64,000 nt of DNA from Sphyrna mokarran (Eukaryota): NCBI GenBank assembly GCA_024679065.1, contig JAGIQG010000004.1, forward strand, positions 62,620,001-62,684,000. The letters are read 5' to 3'. The position numbers and the translations under genes are program-made. Shown piece by piece: positions 23,883-36,825 of the stretch. Numbering within the stretch: position 1 is the first letter of the stretch; each line of letters opens with the position of its first letter. The notes below the pieces were generated by a model. The model worked only from the letters and a program-made list of their open reading frames with translations, was not told the origin of the DNA and made no database searches.

Positions 23883-24806
23883 TCAGTTTAAAGCCCCCAT
23901 CATAGCCTTAGCAAATTTTCCCCCCAAGATATTAGTCCCCCTCTGGTTCAGGTGTAGACCATTTCTCTTGAAGAGGTCCCACCTATCCCAGAATGAGTCC
24001 CAATTGTTAAGGAACCTGAACCCCTCCCTCCTGCACCATCCACGCAGCCATGAGTTCAAACTTTCCCTTTCTCTGTTCTTCTCTAAACTATCCCTTGGCA
24101 CAGGCAGGAGTCCAGAGATAACCACTCTGCCTGTTATGGACCTAAGCTTCCACCCTAACTCCATAAATTTCTGTTTAATATCCCCTTCCCTTGTCCTTTT
24201 ACATCATGTGTCCCCACATGAACTATGACTTGGGGCTGACTCCCCTCACCCTTAAGAATCTTAAAAACCCGATCTGCGACATCCTGGACCCCAGCCCCTG
24301 GGAGGCAATACACCAGCCCTGAGTCCCGTTTATTACTATTTACCCTCCTATCTGTCCCTCTAACTATGGAGTCTCCTATAACTAGGCCTAATCTCTTATT
24401 CCCCCCACCCACCTGAGCATTCTCAGCAGGCTCACCCCCAGAGACCTGCTCCCTTTGGTCAGCTCCAGTTGATTCTTCATCAACTGTAGCCTCCAAGACA
24501 GAAAATTTATTTTGGAGGGGAACAGCCCCAGGGGATTGTCTCCCCGATTGCTTCTTACCCCTCCTCCTAATAGTTACCCAATTATCACTTTTAGGAGTTA
24601 CAATCTTTGTTACTCCTGCCTATATCCTCCTCAACCTCTCGAATGACCCTGAGTTCCTCTAATTCCAGCTCCAGCTCCTTAACACGATCCTCAAGGAGCT
24701 GCAAATGTGCACACTTCCTGCAGGTGTAATCAGGAGGAACACTACTGGTGTCCCTCACCTCATACATACTGCAGGAGGTGCAACGTACTACCTGCACTGC
24801 CATCAC
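23883..24806 (-). pseudogene. CR1 ORF1: CxxC..CxxC, coiled coil, SGNH esterase domain; two frameshifts
   Basis: CTSC..CRKC, LEDRVKELELELEEL, GDSIVRG, VHVGTHD and GLHLN spread across three frames. Confidence 0.85.
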
Positions 24807-25460
24807 TGTTACTTTAATTTCCAGGAGAGAAAAAAAAACTTCTCACACACTTTTATTATTAGTTTAGAGGAGGGGGGAGGGTGGGATACTCTACCTGTGT
24901 AGAGTATCGGGTTACCTCTCTGGACCAATTTATAGAGTCAGAGAGAAAAACTACAACTACCGGCAGCCCCTAGTGACGACTTCCAGTTACAAGTTAGTTT
25001 AAATAAAAAACGGCAAAAACTACTCCCGCTCGCTGTTTTAAACAAAGAGAAAAGTTAAAAAACTACTTAACAATCGAACTTCTCTCTCTCCCAAATCGCT
25101 GCCTCTCCGTGCTGCTCCAATGGAACAATCAGACTGGGAATGGCAATTTTCCATGATAGCATGGCTGTGGTTACAGAGAAACGTTCAAGTACAAATTGTT
25201 GGAAGTGAACTCATTCAGGTATGTTAAGGGTATCCCATGCCATCACACTTCTTCATTGGTTGGTGCTGGTTTTGGACTACATTTGCAGAATGACAAGGCG
25301 AGTTAGTGGCGAAGTCTCCACAGCAACTGTAACTGTAGCCACAGTAATTGTATGGCTTCTTTAGTCAGTTTGCTGTAAATTATATCTCTTTGGATGTTGG
25401 TAATGAGGTGCAGTCAAGCTGTTGAAAGTGAAGGTGAGATTGTTGGGTTATTTTTTGTTG

Positions 25461-26213
25461 GAAATGGACATTGCTTGGCATTGCAATGGTGCTCGAATTC
25501 CTTGCCAGTAATTAGACTTAATCTAAAAGTTGCTCCATAAGTTATGCATCTGGACGCGAATAACTTCAGTATCCACATTGTTGATGAGCAGGAATAGTGC
25601 TGAGCTGCCGCAATCAGCGGAGAATATTTGAACAACTCACTTAAATTGGAGGAAACGTCATTGATAAGCATCTGGAAATGGTTGGACCCAGAACAGAACA
25701 CTGCCACCTCCCGCAACTCCAGCCAGCTAACGTTCTGTTGAACATGAGTATGGCAATGAACCCCACAACCCAACTCCCAACCTCTCAATTCCTCTTAACT
25801 CAGTTTCGATAGAGCTATTGATAATACAACCGCAGAAATGACATTGCTTGGCATTGCTATGGTGCTCGAATTCCTTGCCAGTAATCAGACTTAATCTAAA
25901 AGTTGCCCCATAAATTTTGCATCTGGACGCGAATAGCTTCAGCATCCGTATAGTTGATAAGCAGGAATAGTGCTGAGCTGCCGCAATCAGCGGAGAATAC
26001 TTGAACAACTCACTTAAATTGGAGGAAACGTCATTGATGAAACATCTGAAAATGGTTGGACCCAGAACAGAACACTGCCACCTCCCGCAACTCCAACCAG
26101 CTAACGTTCTGTTGGACATGAGTATGGCAATGAATCCCACAACCCAACTCCCAACCTTTCAATTCCTCTTAACTCAGTTTCGATAGAGCTATTGATAAAA
26201 CACTCGCAGAAAT
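25461..26213. repeat. Tandem duplication with a 374 bp unit, inside an old LINE relic
   Basis: Units start at 25461 and 25835; GAAAT occurs at 25461, 25835 and 26209. Confidence 0.93.
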
Positions 26214-27565
26214 TTTGCCTTGATGCCAAAGACATTCACTTTCATTGCGTGTCTTGAATGTATCTATTATATCCATATGTATAGCAAGTCTGTAATGAGG
26301 TTAGGATACGAATGTTTCTGGTGGGAAACAAAATGGACACCAGCGATCTGGTTATTGCCATCAAAGCCTGCTTGATCCCATTGTCGACCATGTCTCTCAT
26401 TTCTTTCTTGATGATCTGGACTAGAACAATAGGCGAATATTTTCTGAGAAACGACGTAATCATACACGCCTTTGAATAACAAGAATCCAACCTGTTCTGA
26501 AAAGACCGCTCGTGATTCTGCAGTTCATCCATAATATATGCAGATAGATTAAAATGAAATGTTTCCAATACCGGCTTGGAAAAAAAAACAACTGCACAGC
26601 AGTAAAAATATGAAGTATACATACAAACAAAAATGAATGTCATTGCCATATGTCAGGTCGAAAATCTATTTGCCGAAATGTGCGGCTGAAAGAACATGTT
26701 TCGCAGTAAACCGACATTCTGATGTTCCTGTGTTTACCTTATGTCAGTAGAACCAGAGGCCCATCCAGTGTTTTTTTTTTGCGAGAAAAAAACACAAAGG
26801 GGCAGTTACATTTGAAGAAAATCACAAATGCATTGTATTTAATCATGATACTGGTGTAAGAATTTAATTATTGCTTTTGTTTCCGTTAGTTTTCAGTTCA
26901 TCTCTCAAAATCAAATTTGAATACAGAGATGCATTCATGATTATCAGATGACGCTTCTGGATCCGGAGCATATTTCGTAGATTAGGATGAGTACACAAGA
27001 TATAAAGTATGTCATTAAAGTAAACAGATGGAAATTGTGTATTATTCATTGACAAACTAAATATGCACATTACCAGGTGAAAAACCCGGAATTTCCTTCC
27101 TCACGGCATTGTGGGTCAGCCCACATCGCATGGAATGCAGCGATTCAAGATGGCAGCTCACCGCCATCTTCTGAAGGGCATTTAGGGATGGGCAATTAAT
27201 ACTTTCCAGTCAGCCATGCCCACGTCCCTCGAATAAATAAAAATAAGTGATTGTGTTAGTGAATTGAGTCATATTTGATTCTATGCAGGTCACTCTGACT
27301 AACCAATTACGCACCTGAATGCATTCAGGTATTCTGAGGAATAAAAATAGTGATCCGTTCAGCTGGACTGTTCCTCTTGTGAAACATAAAACATGTGAGG
27401 AACTAATGAAGTCTTGAAGTTTTCAAAACCTCTTTGGTAATGACAATAAGTAAGAGGGTCTTTCATTTTATACGTTGGAGAAAGATTTTGTAATTGTCAT
27501 TAAAAGAGCAGGGACACCGGATTCCAACGGCTGTTTTAAGGCCCGATTCGTACTAATTGTCTATT

Positions 27566-28117
27566 ACAAAGAACAAAGAACAAAACAGCACGGAAAACAA
27601 GCCCTTCGACCAACGAGCCCGCGCCGCCACAACTATGTTCCCACCTCTACCCGCGATCCCAGACCATGTTTATAGATCTATGGATTAAAAACCAAATTTG
27701 AGACAATTTAGGGAGAATTCTTTTTGCCAATTAGCCTAAAAGCACATCTTTGGGATGTGGGAGGAAACCGGAGTGCCCGGAGAAAACCCACGCAAGCACG
27801 GGGAGAATGCGCAAACTCCTATAGACACAGGCCCAAATCCATGTATCTGCACAGCACAGCGATAGTCACTGAGCTGTCGTGTTGCCCATCAAATGGTCCA
27901 GGTCAAGCGTATACTAACGACGTGAAGCAGTAGGATACTCTCGAAAAAGGTCCAAGAGCAGTCCTCTCACGACCCCCCGCGTGTATGATCCTCGTTAGAC
28001 AACAAGATGGGCCAAACTACCTGTAGGATAAAAACAAGTACATCAATATCATCATCTATTTACACACTTCCCAGGGACTCCCAAGGCTCATGATCCCTAT
28101 GTTAAATCAGTTTTCTA
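27566..28117 (-). mobile_element. CR1/V-SINE chimeric retroposon copy
   Basis: (CAAAGAA)n tail, V-domain and linker; 5'-truncated at ~28117. Confidence 0.85.
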
Positions 28118-30888
28118 ACTTTAAGGAAAACGATTAATAATTTGAGCCGACTACTAAAATGGAGACGCCTGTGCGGAAATACGTATTTGAAAATAAAAGA
28201 TTCGCAATTGATAAATCAGAAACTTAATTTGAATTAATCCCCAGCCTGTACACGAGCGTGGTGACGAAAGATTCTCTGCGCTGAACTGACACGCTACCTA
28301 AATATGGGCATTATAAGTGTCGAGTTTTAAAGCAGATGACCCAAGCAGGAAACCGGAGTTTTATCAGTGTGTAAATACTTTGTTGGCGTCTATGTGTTCT
28401 TCGTTAGTTAATATCTCATTGGTTCAATCGAACTGCATGAATGTTGACATCTACCATGCAGAGTCACTATTGTGGGCAGACGTCCATCTCTTGTCATTTC
28501 CAGATGAACGCTGTTGCCAACTTTTAAACTTTGTCATTTACACTCAACTTTACAGATTCCGTTGATAAAGACACTCTCGCTTCACTCTGTTAGTTGTGTA
28601 ATCGTCCACAACAAAGCAGGACTGAAAAAGAATGACACCCCCAGCGTGCGGTTTATGGTTGCGTAATGGAAAATACACTGCCAAAATGTCTATATTGTGG
28701 TAGTACGTCTCAAACCTCTATAATCTATGCACCTCAAGCAGGTATTATGGTTCATGTTAGAAACTCCGAAGTGTTTTCTGAGGCCCTCCTAAGCCTTGTT
28801 TTGCATCTTTAACGTAGCTAGGATTATCACGGGATGTTTCATTCTGGGTATTATTCAAATGAGCTACTAGAGAGCTCTTATCAAACAAAATATATTTAAT
28901 AATTTCATCAAAATGTACAGTGAGAAAATTGGCAAGAACATTATCAATTACAAACAAGAGCAAAACAGCCAGTATTTAACCCTTGTGCATATATGTAATA
29001 ATGTTGCAATCAAAACCAAAATCCAATAAAATCTTCCTACAGAACCTCACATGATACTAGAATCCAGTTCCCTAGATTGAATTCTGATATCAAATGATCT
29101 TGAAAACTCAGAACAACCAGTTTTGGCATCAGCTCCGCAAAATACCAAACCCCAGATTAATTACTGCGGCATAGATACAAGCCTTTCTTTCATTAAACTG
29201 ATAAAATTTTCAAAGCAAAACGGGGAGAGAAAGAAACTTCTTTTCCAGAGTGCTTCTAAGACTGCTTCTAACAGTGCAACCAGACCTACTCACAGCCTTT
29301 TTCTCCACCGAACAATGACATTACGTAAGGCAGTGAGCATGAAATCATTAAAAAAAAGTCTCTTAAAGACATACTAACCTCACAATAAGTATTCATGCTA
29401 TTGCAAAAACAGGACAATATTCGCTAAGCAATTCTGCAGTAGTAACTGCTGATTGAATATTCCGTCATCAACCTTTTGTTATGGCTGATAGTCAGGGCCT
29501 TGGACAGAAAAGTTACAATGTAATAAAAAAAACATGATTGTTTAGCAGTACAATTGCTGAACACGTTATTCACGTTGGCGTAGGCGTCGCATTACTTTTT
29601 TTTCAAAATTTGCTGCATTGCTTTTTTTTCTAAATTTATTACATAATTTACTTTCCTAGTTGATGGCGCAATGGAAATCCAACTCGCATTGATAATTCAG
29701 AGACTCAGGGTAATGGTTTGGGAATATTTGTTAAATGTCATCATGGGAACCATTGGAAATTTAATCAACTCAAAATGATTTGCAATTGAAAGCTAGTCTT
29801 ATTAAAGCTGATCATAATTTTATAAAATGGTTGTCTTGCACACAGTTCCTGGATCATCAAAGGTTTCGGGAAGTAATTCTGCCATGTTTGCATTGTCTAA
29901 CATACAAGTGATTGCACACCGGCAGAAGTATTATTAGTTACTAACTGTCTTCTCAAGTTACCGAACAAAGACACTTGTGGCATACAGTTTTATAACGTAC
30001 AATGCACTGCCAAAATATTTGTGTGATAGCAGTAAGTCTCAGTAATGCGAATTCAGTTCAAAAAGAATTACGGAAAGATATGAGATTTAGACAATGTAAA
30101 CCACACCACCATCCCATGAATTAAGAAAAATAAGAAACTGTTGGGGTACCGATTCTAGAAGAGTAAAACTCCCCGAAATTTAAAATTGTTTTTGGATCAG
30201 GTCCATCATCTTATCACTTTGTAACAAGTGTCATCCACATTAAGTTTTCTATTGTCGATTGAACATATTAACATTGAAGAGAAGTACGTAAAGTAGGCGG
30301 ATTTTAACTTCTGGTAACAAATGCGGAGGTAAATAAATCGCATTTCAAAACTACAAGCAAATTAAATAAAAACAAACTCGTAATACATTTTATGAACAGA
30401 TATTCCTGAGTAGCAGCACACTAAAGCAAAAATCTTTGCAGAACGTTCCTCTCTGGAATATGGGAAAAGCTGTCATAACGTCACTGTTGCCCATTCATAT
30501 TGCCTTTTGAAAAGATCGCCATGGTCGCTTTCTTGAATGCTATAATAATTCTGCTGCAAATAAGCCTGTTCTGTTACAGGGAAAAGAATTTCAAGGTATT
30601 CATCATGTTCGGCAGAAGCCTTTTTTAGCTTCTTCTCCCAATGTCCCAGCGTCGGTTAGCGATTCTTTCTAAGTTTGTACAAAGGACCAATAAGCCTTTG
30701 CAAACTATAAGCCGCAAAATAGACAGCATTAGTGTTTTATGTATCTAATATTAATGTTGCCACGAATGGATATCAAGTTCTTTGGCAGCTGATGTGCACC
30801 TGCACTTTCATTGACAGCAATCTAGTCAACACAGTATCAGAATGTTACATCAGTCTCTTCGTGTTACACCAGTAGGATTCGACTTATG

Positions 30889-31120
30889 GGGCCCGATTTT
30901 ACCATTGCGTCGCGCCCATCTTCGGACACAAAAACGTGGTAAATTCAGGCGTGAGGTATTAACGCGATCCGTGTCTGCACAGATGCCCACTTTACCAAGG
31001 GCAGAAAATAGCCGATCCAAATCGCGCCTGAAACGGGCGCAGTGGCGATTTACAAGAATTTGTATGCATTTAAATTGAATCAATGGGCTGGCCACCCATG
31101 TTTATCAGTATTTTCCCTTT
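30889..31120 (+). repeat. Left terminal inverted repeat of the Harbinger element
   Basis: Aligns with the reverse complement of 53110-53348, e.g. TCGCGCCTGAAACGGGCGCAGTGGCGATTTA versus TCGCGCCCGAAACGGGCACAATGGCGATTTA. Confidence 0.85.
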
Positions 31121-31249
31121 ACCGACGCGTCCTTAAGTGCAGTTAAGGTGCAAAACAGATATGCCCAACAAAGGTCTGTTTCGGTAGCTCCGGCTTCTGA
31201 AGAGGTGTGTTCAGATGCTCCAGCCGTTATCTGACTCAGAACAGTGCTG

Positions 31250-31625
31250 GAACGGGGGAGAGGTGGTGGAGAGAATTGGAACAAATTATTTTCTGTGCGG
31301 GGGAGAGGAGGGAGGACAGATCGTTCTTTGGTGGATAGGAAGAGGAAAAAGGCCCCATCGTGTCTGGTTGGGAGGTGGGAGAGGGAGGCAGAGGGAGGGC
31401 AGATTATTATCCGGTGGGTGGGGAGGTGGAGGCAGAGGGAGGTCAGAATGTTGTCTGGTGGGGGGAGGAAGGAGAACTGATCATTCTCTGGTGGGTGGAG
31501 GTGGAGGGAGGTGGAGCAGGGCGGGGTTGGGCATTGGCGGGCGGGAGGTTCCTCTGCTACTCTGCGGACGATCAGTTGGGGGAAGTGGGACAGAGGGCCG
31601 CCATCGCGCTGGTTGGGAGGGGAAT
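31250..31625 (+). repeat. G-rich low-complexity tract with G-quadruplex potential
   Basis: Many GGG runs with a loosely repeated GGGAGGTGG(A/G)GGCAGAGGGAGG unit. Confidence 0.6.
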
Positions 31626-33479
31626 GGTAAATAAGGAAGACAGTCATGCTACTGGATTCCGGGTGATTTCTATGGGCGCCCATTTTCCACTACAGGGCCG
31701 CTTTGCCTGCTTTTTGCGGCCTGGGAGCGACGTGACAAGGACGTGCTTTTATTTATTTTTTTCTCTCACTCGTATGCGCAATTCAAAGCTGCGATCCTTG
31801 CAACAGCGTTTCTGGCGTACGAAGCCCGCTCACGATTCAAGCTTTTTTTTTTCTCAGGCTAAGTGCTAAGGGGCGCCTGGGAACAGATTTCCTACGGGGT
31901 CCAAATTTATCATTTTGATTCTACGTACTGAATTTGGGTGCAACTCAGATCAGTACTGTAAAAGTTTTCTCAGATGTCCCTATAACCATTTATCCTGCAA
32001 GCAAGCCGTGAACTTTAATTGTGCTGCGGATGGGACTTATTGCTCCTAAAAATTGCAGCTAGGATGGGAACTTTGAATTGAGCATGCACAGTGAGAAAAC
32101 AATTTGAAAAATGTCTCCGTATCTCCTCGCTCCCAGGCTGCAAAAAGCGGATAAAGCAGCGAGGGATGAAAAGCGCGAACGATGGCTCCCACAGAGATCA
32201 CCCCATCACCACAACATGGTTATCTCCCATATCCTCCCAACTGGCCTCCACTACCCAGATCGATCGTGAACCCCTGCCCCCTTCCATTCCCACCTATTGC
32301 TCACAGAGTGTCAGCAGATCCCTCCCACTACCTGAAACCCCCTCACCCCACCCCTTAGAGATCCATCTGGCCTTCCCCTCACCAGAGAATGATTGGGCAT
32401 CGCCCTCACCAGAGAATGATTGGGCCTTCCCCGATCAGATCATGATTTGGCCTCCCGACCCCAAAACATTCTCATGTGGAAATATGCCCCTTTAATCCAT
32501 CTTCTTGTGTAAAATTCTTGGAAAACATGCTCACCGAGTGCTCCAGATGCTATATGCAGTGCCGCAGCTCAAATAAAATTTTTGCACCGTATTAAGCTCA
32601 GCTGAGGATGGTCATCAAAGTTTGTTTTTGCCATTAAAGACACGCACAGGTAACAGTGTCCTTGAATATAAACATAGGCACACACAAACAAAGCAACTTC
32701 GCAAAAAGGAGGCGAAGGTAGATATATAGGGTTTGATTTTACCGTTTTCATTCTAAGTGCCGAATCTGGGCATAATACAGATCCAACATAGAAATCTGCT
32801 TTCAGGTGCTCATAATACACTCTCAGCCATCTCCCGTATCATTCACACTGTGGGCGTGGCGTAGCGTGGCCGAAACAATCGGAGTTCTGAACTGTACATG
32901 TGTAGTTGGTAAAACGTTGAAAAAGCGTGCCTGCTGACATCATTCCGGGATGGATAATGCCTCCCCCAAGCCCCACAGACATTGTCCCACCCACACAGCA
33001 TTACAGTCCCACATATGCCCCCACCCTTCACCACCCAAAACAATCGAGAATCCCTCCCACTTCCCCCCACCTATCTCAGGCAGAGTGGCGTCAGACCCTC
33101 CCCTTTCCCTTACTGATCTGAGGCAGAGAGATCCCCCCTCTACCCTACAAATATTAAGCGGAGTGATCCCCCTCATTCCCATCTCGGACCCTCCCGCAAA
33201 AGGCCCCATCCCACCTACACTCCGATGGCTGTGTGACAGCCCGCTCTCTCTCCCCTGTCACTAGTCATTGAGGCGCTCATCCACCACCATCACCACGCCC
33301 TCGCCCCCGCCTCCCCAACCGCACACCTGTCAGTACTCACTTTCTTCCTCTTTATGCTAGCAAGCACACTGCATGGAATTTGCAGGAATGCTCTATGAAA
33401 CTGCCTGTAGCTAATCTATCCTAAGGAATGGCAGTTCCACGAAAACACTCCGCAATGGACAGGCAGGCAGTTCAGGACA

Positions 33480-35800
33480 ATGTGCGCACGGCCAGCTGCC
33501 CCCCCCCCCCCCCCCCCCACACCCCCTGCAATTTTCTGAGGACGACTTGAGGGGACTTTTGGGTGCTGCTGAGTTGAGGTGAGTCACTCTCGTAACCCAG
33601 GAGGTGCAGACCCGGGGGAGGAGTGAGGTTGGGCGATTGCTGATGGCTATGCGGCCTGGGAGGCAGGGCACTGGCACCCAGAACCGCAAGGTGATGCTGG
33701 GAAAAAATCAGTGACCTCATCCACGCAGCAAGGGTGAATGCTGAACCCCATTCAGCATGCTCCCTCATATCCCCCCAGATCCTTCTATTGTTAGCAATCT
33801 GCATGCTTCGGACCCCGAGCACCCTCTTCCTCCCCCCCCCACTAATAAATCCCACTGTATTTGCTCTCTGGGGTCCACCTCCTGATTCTCTGCATGAGTC
33901 ATGCCACCATTTATTTCATCGTTACTTCTGTCTCCATAGAAGACTGAACACAATACTTGTGAGAGGGCGAAGACAGGGCATGATGAGTAAGAGTTCAGGT
34001 CTTCATCCTGCTGAGCAACGGACACTGGGGCTCACCAAAGAAGCAGAGACAAGGGCTGGCAGTGTACGCACAGTCCAGATGTTGGCACCTGTCATTCCTA
34101 CGCTCACTTTGAGGCAATTTCTTAGGGGCATGAGTTTCGGATGCAAAGGGCAATGTGCGAGGGAGATGGATGGGACATTTTATTTGCATTTAGAGGATAG
34201 TGGGTGCCTGAAACTCACTGCCCTAGAGGGTTGTGGATGCAGAAATTATACGGGCATTTAAAGGACACCTCTACAGCTACCTGAGTAGGATGGGAACAGA
34301 GATATATGGGAACAAACAAATCAGATAGGCAATCGAGTCACTCCAGCGTTGGAGGGCGAAAGGACCTGTTCTTGTGATGTAATTGTCTGCCTTCAGTGTT
34401 CTATGTTCAAAGGAGCCTTTTTCGAGAGTATCCTACTGCTTCACATCGTTAGTGTATGCTTGACTTGGACCATCTAATGGGCAACATGACAGCTCAGTGA
34501 CTATCGCTGTTCTGTGCAAATACATGGATTTGGGCCTGTGTCTGTAGGAGTTTGCGCATTCTCCCCGTGCTTGCGTGGGTTTTCTCCTGGAGCTCCAGTT
34601 TCCTCCCACATCCCAAAGATGTGCTCTTAGGCTAATTGGCAACACAAATTCTCCCTAAATTGTCTCAAATTTGGTTTTTAATCCATAGATCTATAAACAT
34701 GGACAGGGATCGCGGGTAGAAGTGGGAACATCGAGGTGGCGGCGGAGGCTCGTTGGGCCGAAGGGCCTGTTTCTCTTGCTGTTTTGTTCTTTGTTCTTTG
34801 TTCTTTGAGCCATGGATACATGTATTTGGCATCCCAGATCCTTCTCCCTCCTTTGCACATAACCATGTGTCCTGTGTTTCAGGGACATATCTTGATGCCC
34901 CAGAACCTTTTGGACCACAGGCCTTGGCTATAGGTCTCAGCCATCCTAGGAATAGCAACGCAGCTGTGTTCTCAGAAGATGTGGTTGAGGGGACCGCCGA
35001 GAATGGCACTGTTTATTCTTCAGTTTCTATCTCATGGCATCTGCAATGGAAAGCCTGGGGCAGGGTATCCACACTGTGGGTGGCAGGCTCCAAGAAATGG
35101 CCGAATCGCAGCAGGTCACAGCAAAGAGATTGGGCAGGCTTCTTGAGATTCTGTGGCCAATGGCTCAGAGGCTTGAGACCTTCCAGGAGACTCAGAGGAA
35201 CAGCAGTGAGACATAGCAGGCAATGTCAGCAAGCCTTGAGAAGGTGACCCAGTCTCAGAGTGCCACGGCTGAGGGCTTGCAAAGCATGCCCAGTCTCAGA
35301 GGGCTACATCTAAGGGCCTGCAGAGCATAGCCCAGTCTCAGAGGGCACTTGCAGCAGCCATTGAGAAATGGCCGACGATTCTAGTGGCCATCGCGTAGGA
35401 GTCGACCACCACGAGTAGGACACAAGTGGGCCTCCAGGACTGCTAGTGCCAGGTGACACCAGAGCTTCTGGAGCTCACTGCAGAAACACCAATGTTCCAT
35501 GCAATGATCCCGAGGGCCAAAAGGGACCCCAAGGGAAGAGGAAGGATGCAAGCCCATGCTGGGGCCTTCCAGCCTGGGGATTGTGGCTGTGGCAACACCT
35601 TCTAATCATCCCTTCCTGACATTGGGTCATCTCAGTGATAGTGGGATGAAAAGGATATCATGGAACCATCTCAGACATCCTCAAAGTCCAGGGCCTGCAG
35701 AAGACACCAGCCATATGCATCTCAGGCCACGGAGTAAGGTCGGCAGCTGGCTCCCTCTACTGTTGATGTGCATTCTGAAGAGTCACTGAGGCATACTGAG
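33480..35800 (+). pseudogene. Harbinger Myb/SANT-like DNA-binding protein gene, decayed and with introns
   Basis: FSEDDLRGLLGAAELR..; RTAR*CWEKISDLIHAAR followed by a GT donor at ~33733; next exon KTEHNTCERAKTG after ccatAG at ~33938; coiled-coil-like segment at 35034-35350. Confidence 0.7.
34416..34807 (+). mobile_element. CR1/V-SINE chimeric retroposon copy, immediately after an older CR1 3' end (~34170-34410)
   Basis: Linker, V-domain and (TTCTTTG)n tail. Confidence 0.85.
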
Positions 35801-35886
35801 TGCAGCTTAAGGTTAGGAGGTTGTAGTTGCACTGAGATGGCACGACTGAAGGGCTGCAGTAGTTACTGCAGGCACCTTATTGCTTT

Positions 35887-36800
35887 CAAAGAACAAAGAG
35901 AACAAAGAACAATACAACACGGGAAACAGGCCCTTCGGCCCAACAAGCCAGCGGCGCCATCCCGATGTTCTCACCTCTACCCGTGATCCCTGTCTATGTT
36001 TATAGATCTATGGATTAAAAACAAATTTGAGACAATTTAGAGAGAATTTGTTTTGCCAATTAGTCTAAGAGCACATCTTTGGGATGTGGGAGGAAACCGG
36101 AGTGCCCGGAGAAAACCCACGCAAGCACGGGGACAATGCACAAACTCCCACAGACACCGGCTCAAATCCATGCATCTGTACAGCACAACGATAGTCACTG
36201 AGCTGTCGTGTTGCCCATCAAATGGTCCAGGTCAAGCGTACACTAACGACATGAAGCACTAGCATAGTCTCGAAAAAAAATCCAAGAGCAGCCCACTCAC
36301 GGCCCATCGCGTGTATGCCCCTCGTTAGACAACAAGGTGGACCAAAGCACCTGTAAGATAAAAACAAATACATCAATATCATCATCTATTTACACACTTC
36401 CCAGGGACTCCCAAAGCCCATGATTCATATTTTAAATCAGTTTTCTATACCTCTCCATTCCCATTCTGTTCATGTGCCCATCTAAGTATTTCTTAAATTT
36501 CTCCAGAGTGCATGCCCCCAGCACTTTACATAGCAGCACATTCCATATCCCCACCACCCTCTATGTGAAAAAAGTCCCTCTAGTATCCAAATCATACCTT
36601 ACCCCCCTCACCCTAAGCCCCTGACCCCTCGTGCTATTCGATTCCATCCTAGGAAAAATCTTAACCCTGTTTACTCTATCTATACTCCTCATAATCTTGT
36701 ACACCTCTATTAGATCTCTTCTAATCTACATCTTTCTAAAGGAAACAGTCCCAATTTGCCTAACCTCTCCTAGTAACGGAGGCCTTCCAGGCAACTACCA
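35887..36800 (-). mobile_element. Longest CR1/V-SINE chimeric retroposon copy
   Basis: Tail, V-domain and linker continue into ~350 bp of CR1 ORF2 C-terminus (minus strand: DLIEVYKIMRSIDRVNRVKIFPRMESNSTRGQGL). Confidence 0.85.
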
Positions 36801-36825
36801 GGCAACTGTGAGATCATGCATTTTG

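Larger units (their letters stand above)
20901..25118 (-). mobile_element. Near full-length CR1 LINE (5'UTR, ORF1, ORF2, (TTCTATG)n tail)
   Basis: ORF1 and ORF2 as listed separately; heptamer tail at 20901-20930; 5' boundary approximate; no clear TSD. Confidence 0.95.

Noticed and set aside
26864-27070. ORF containing ITIM-like SLYSNL
   Set aside because: Isolated 6-mer, no convincing acceptor, and no associated TM or Ig exon found
31105-33264. Several overlapping Pro/Gly-rich ORFs
   Set aside because: By-products of G/C-skewed low-complexity DNA inside the Harbinger element
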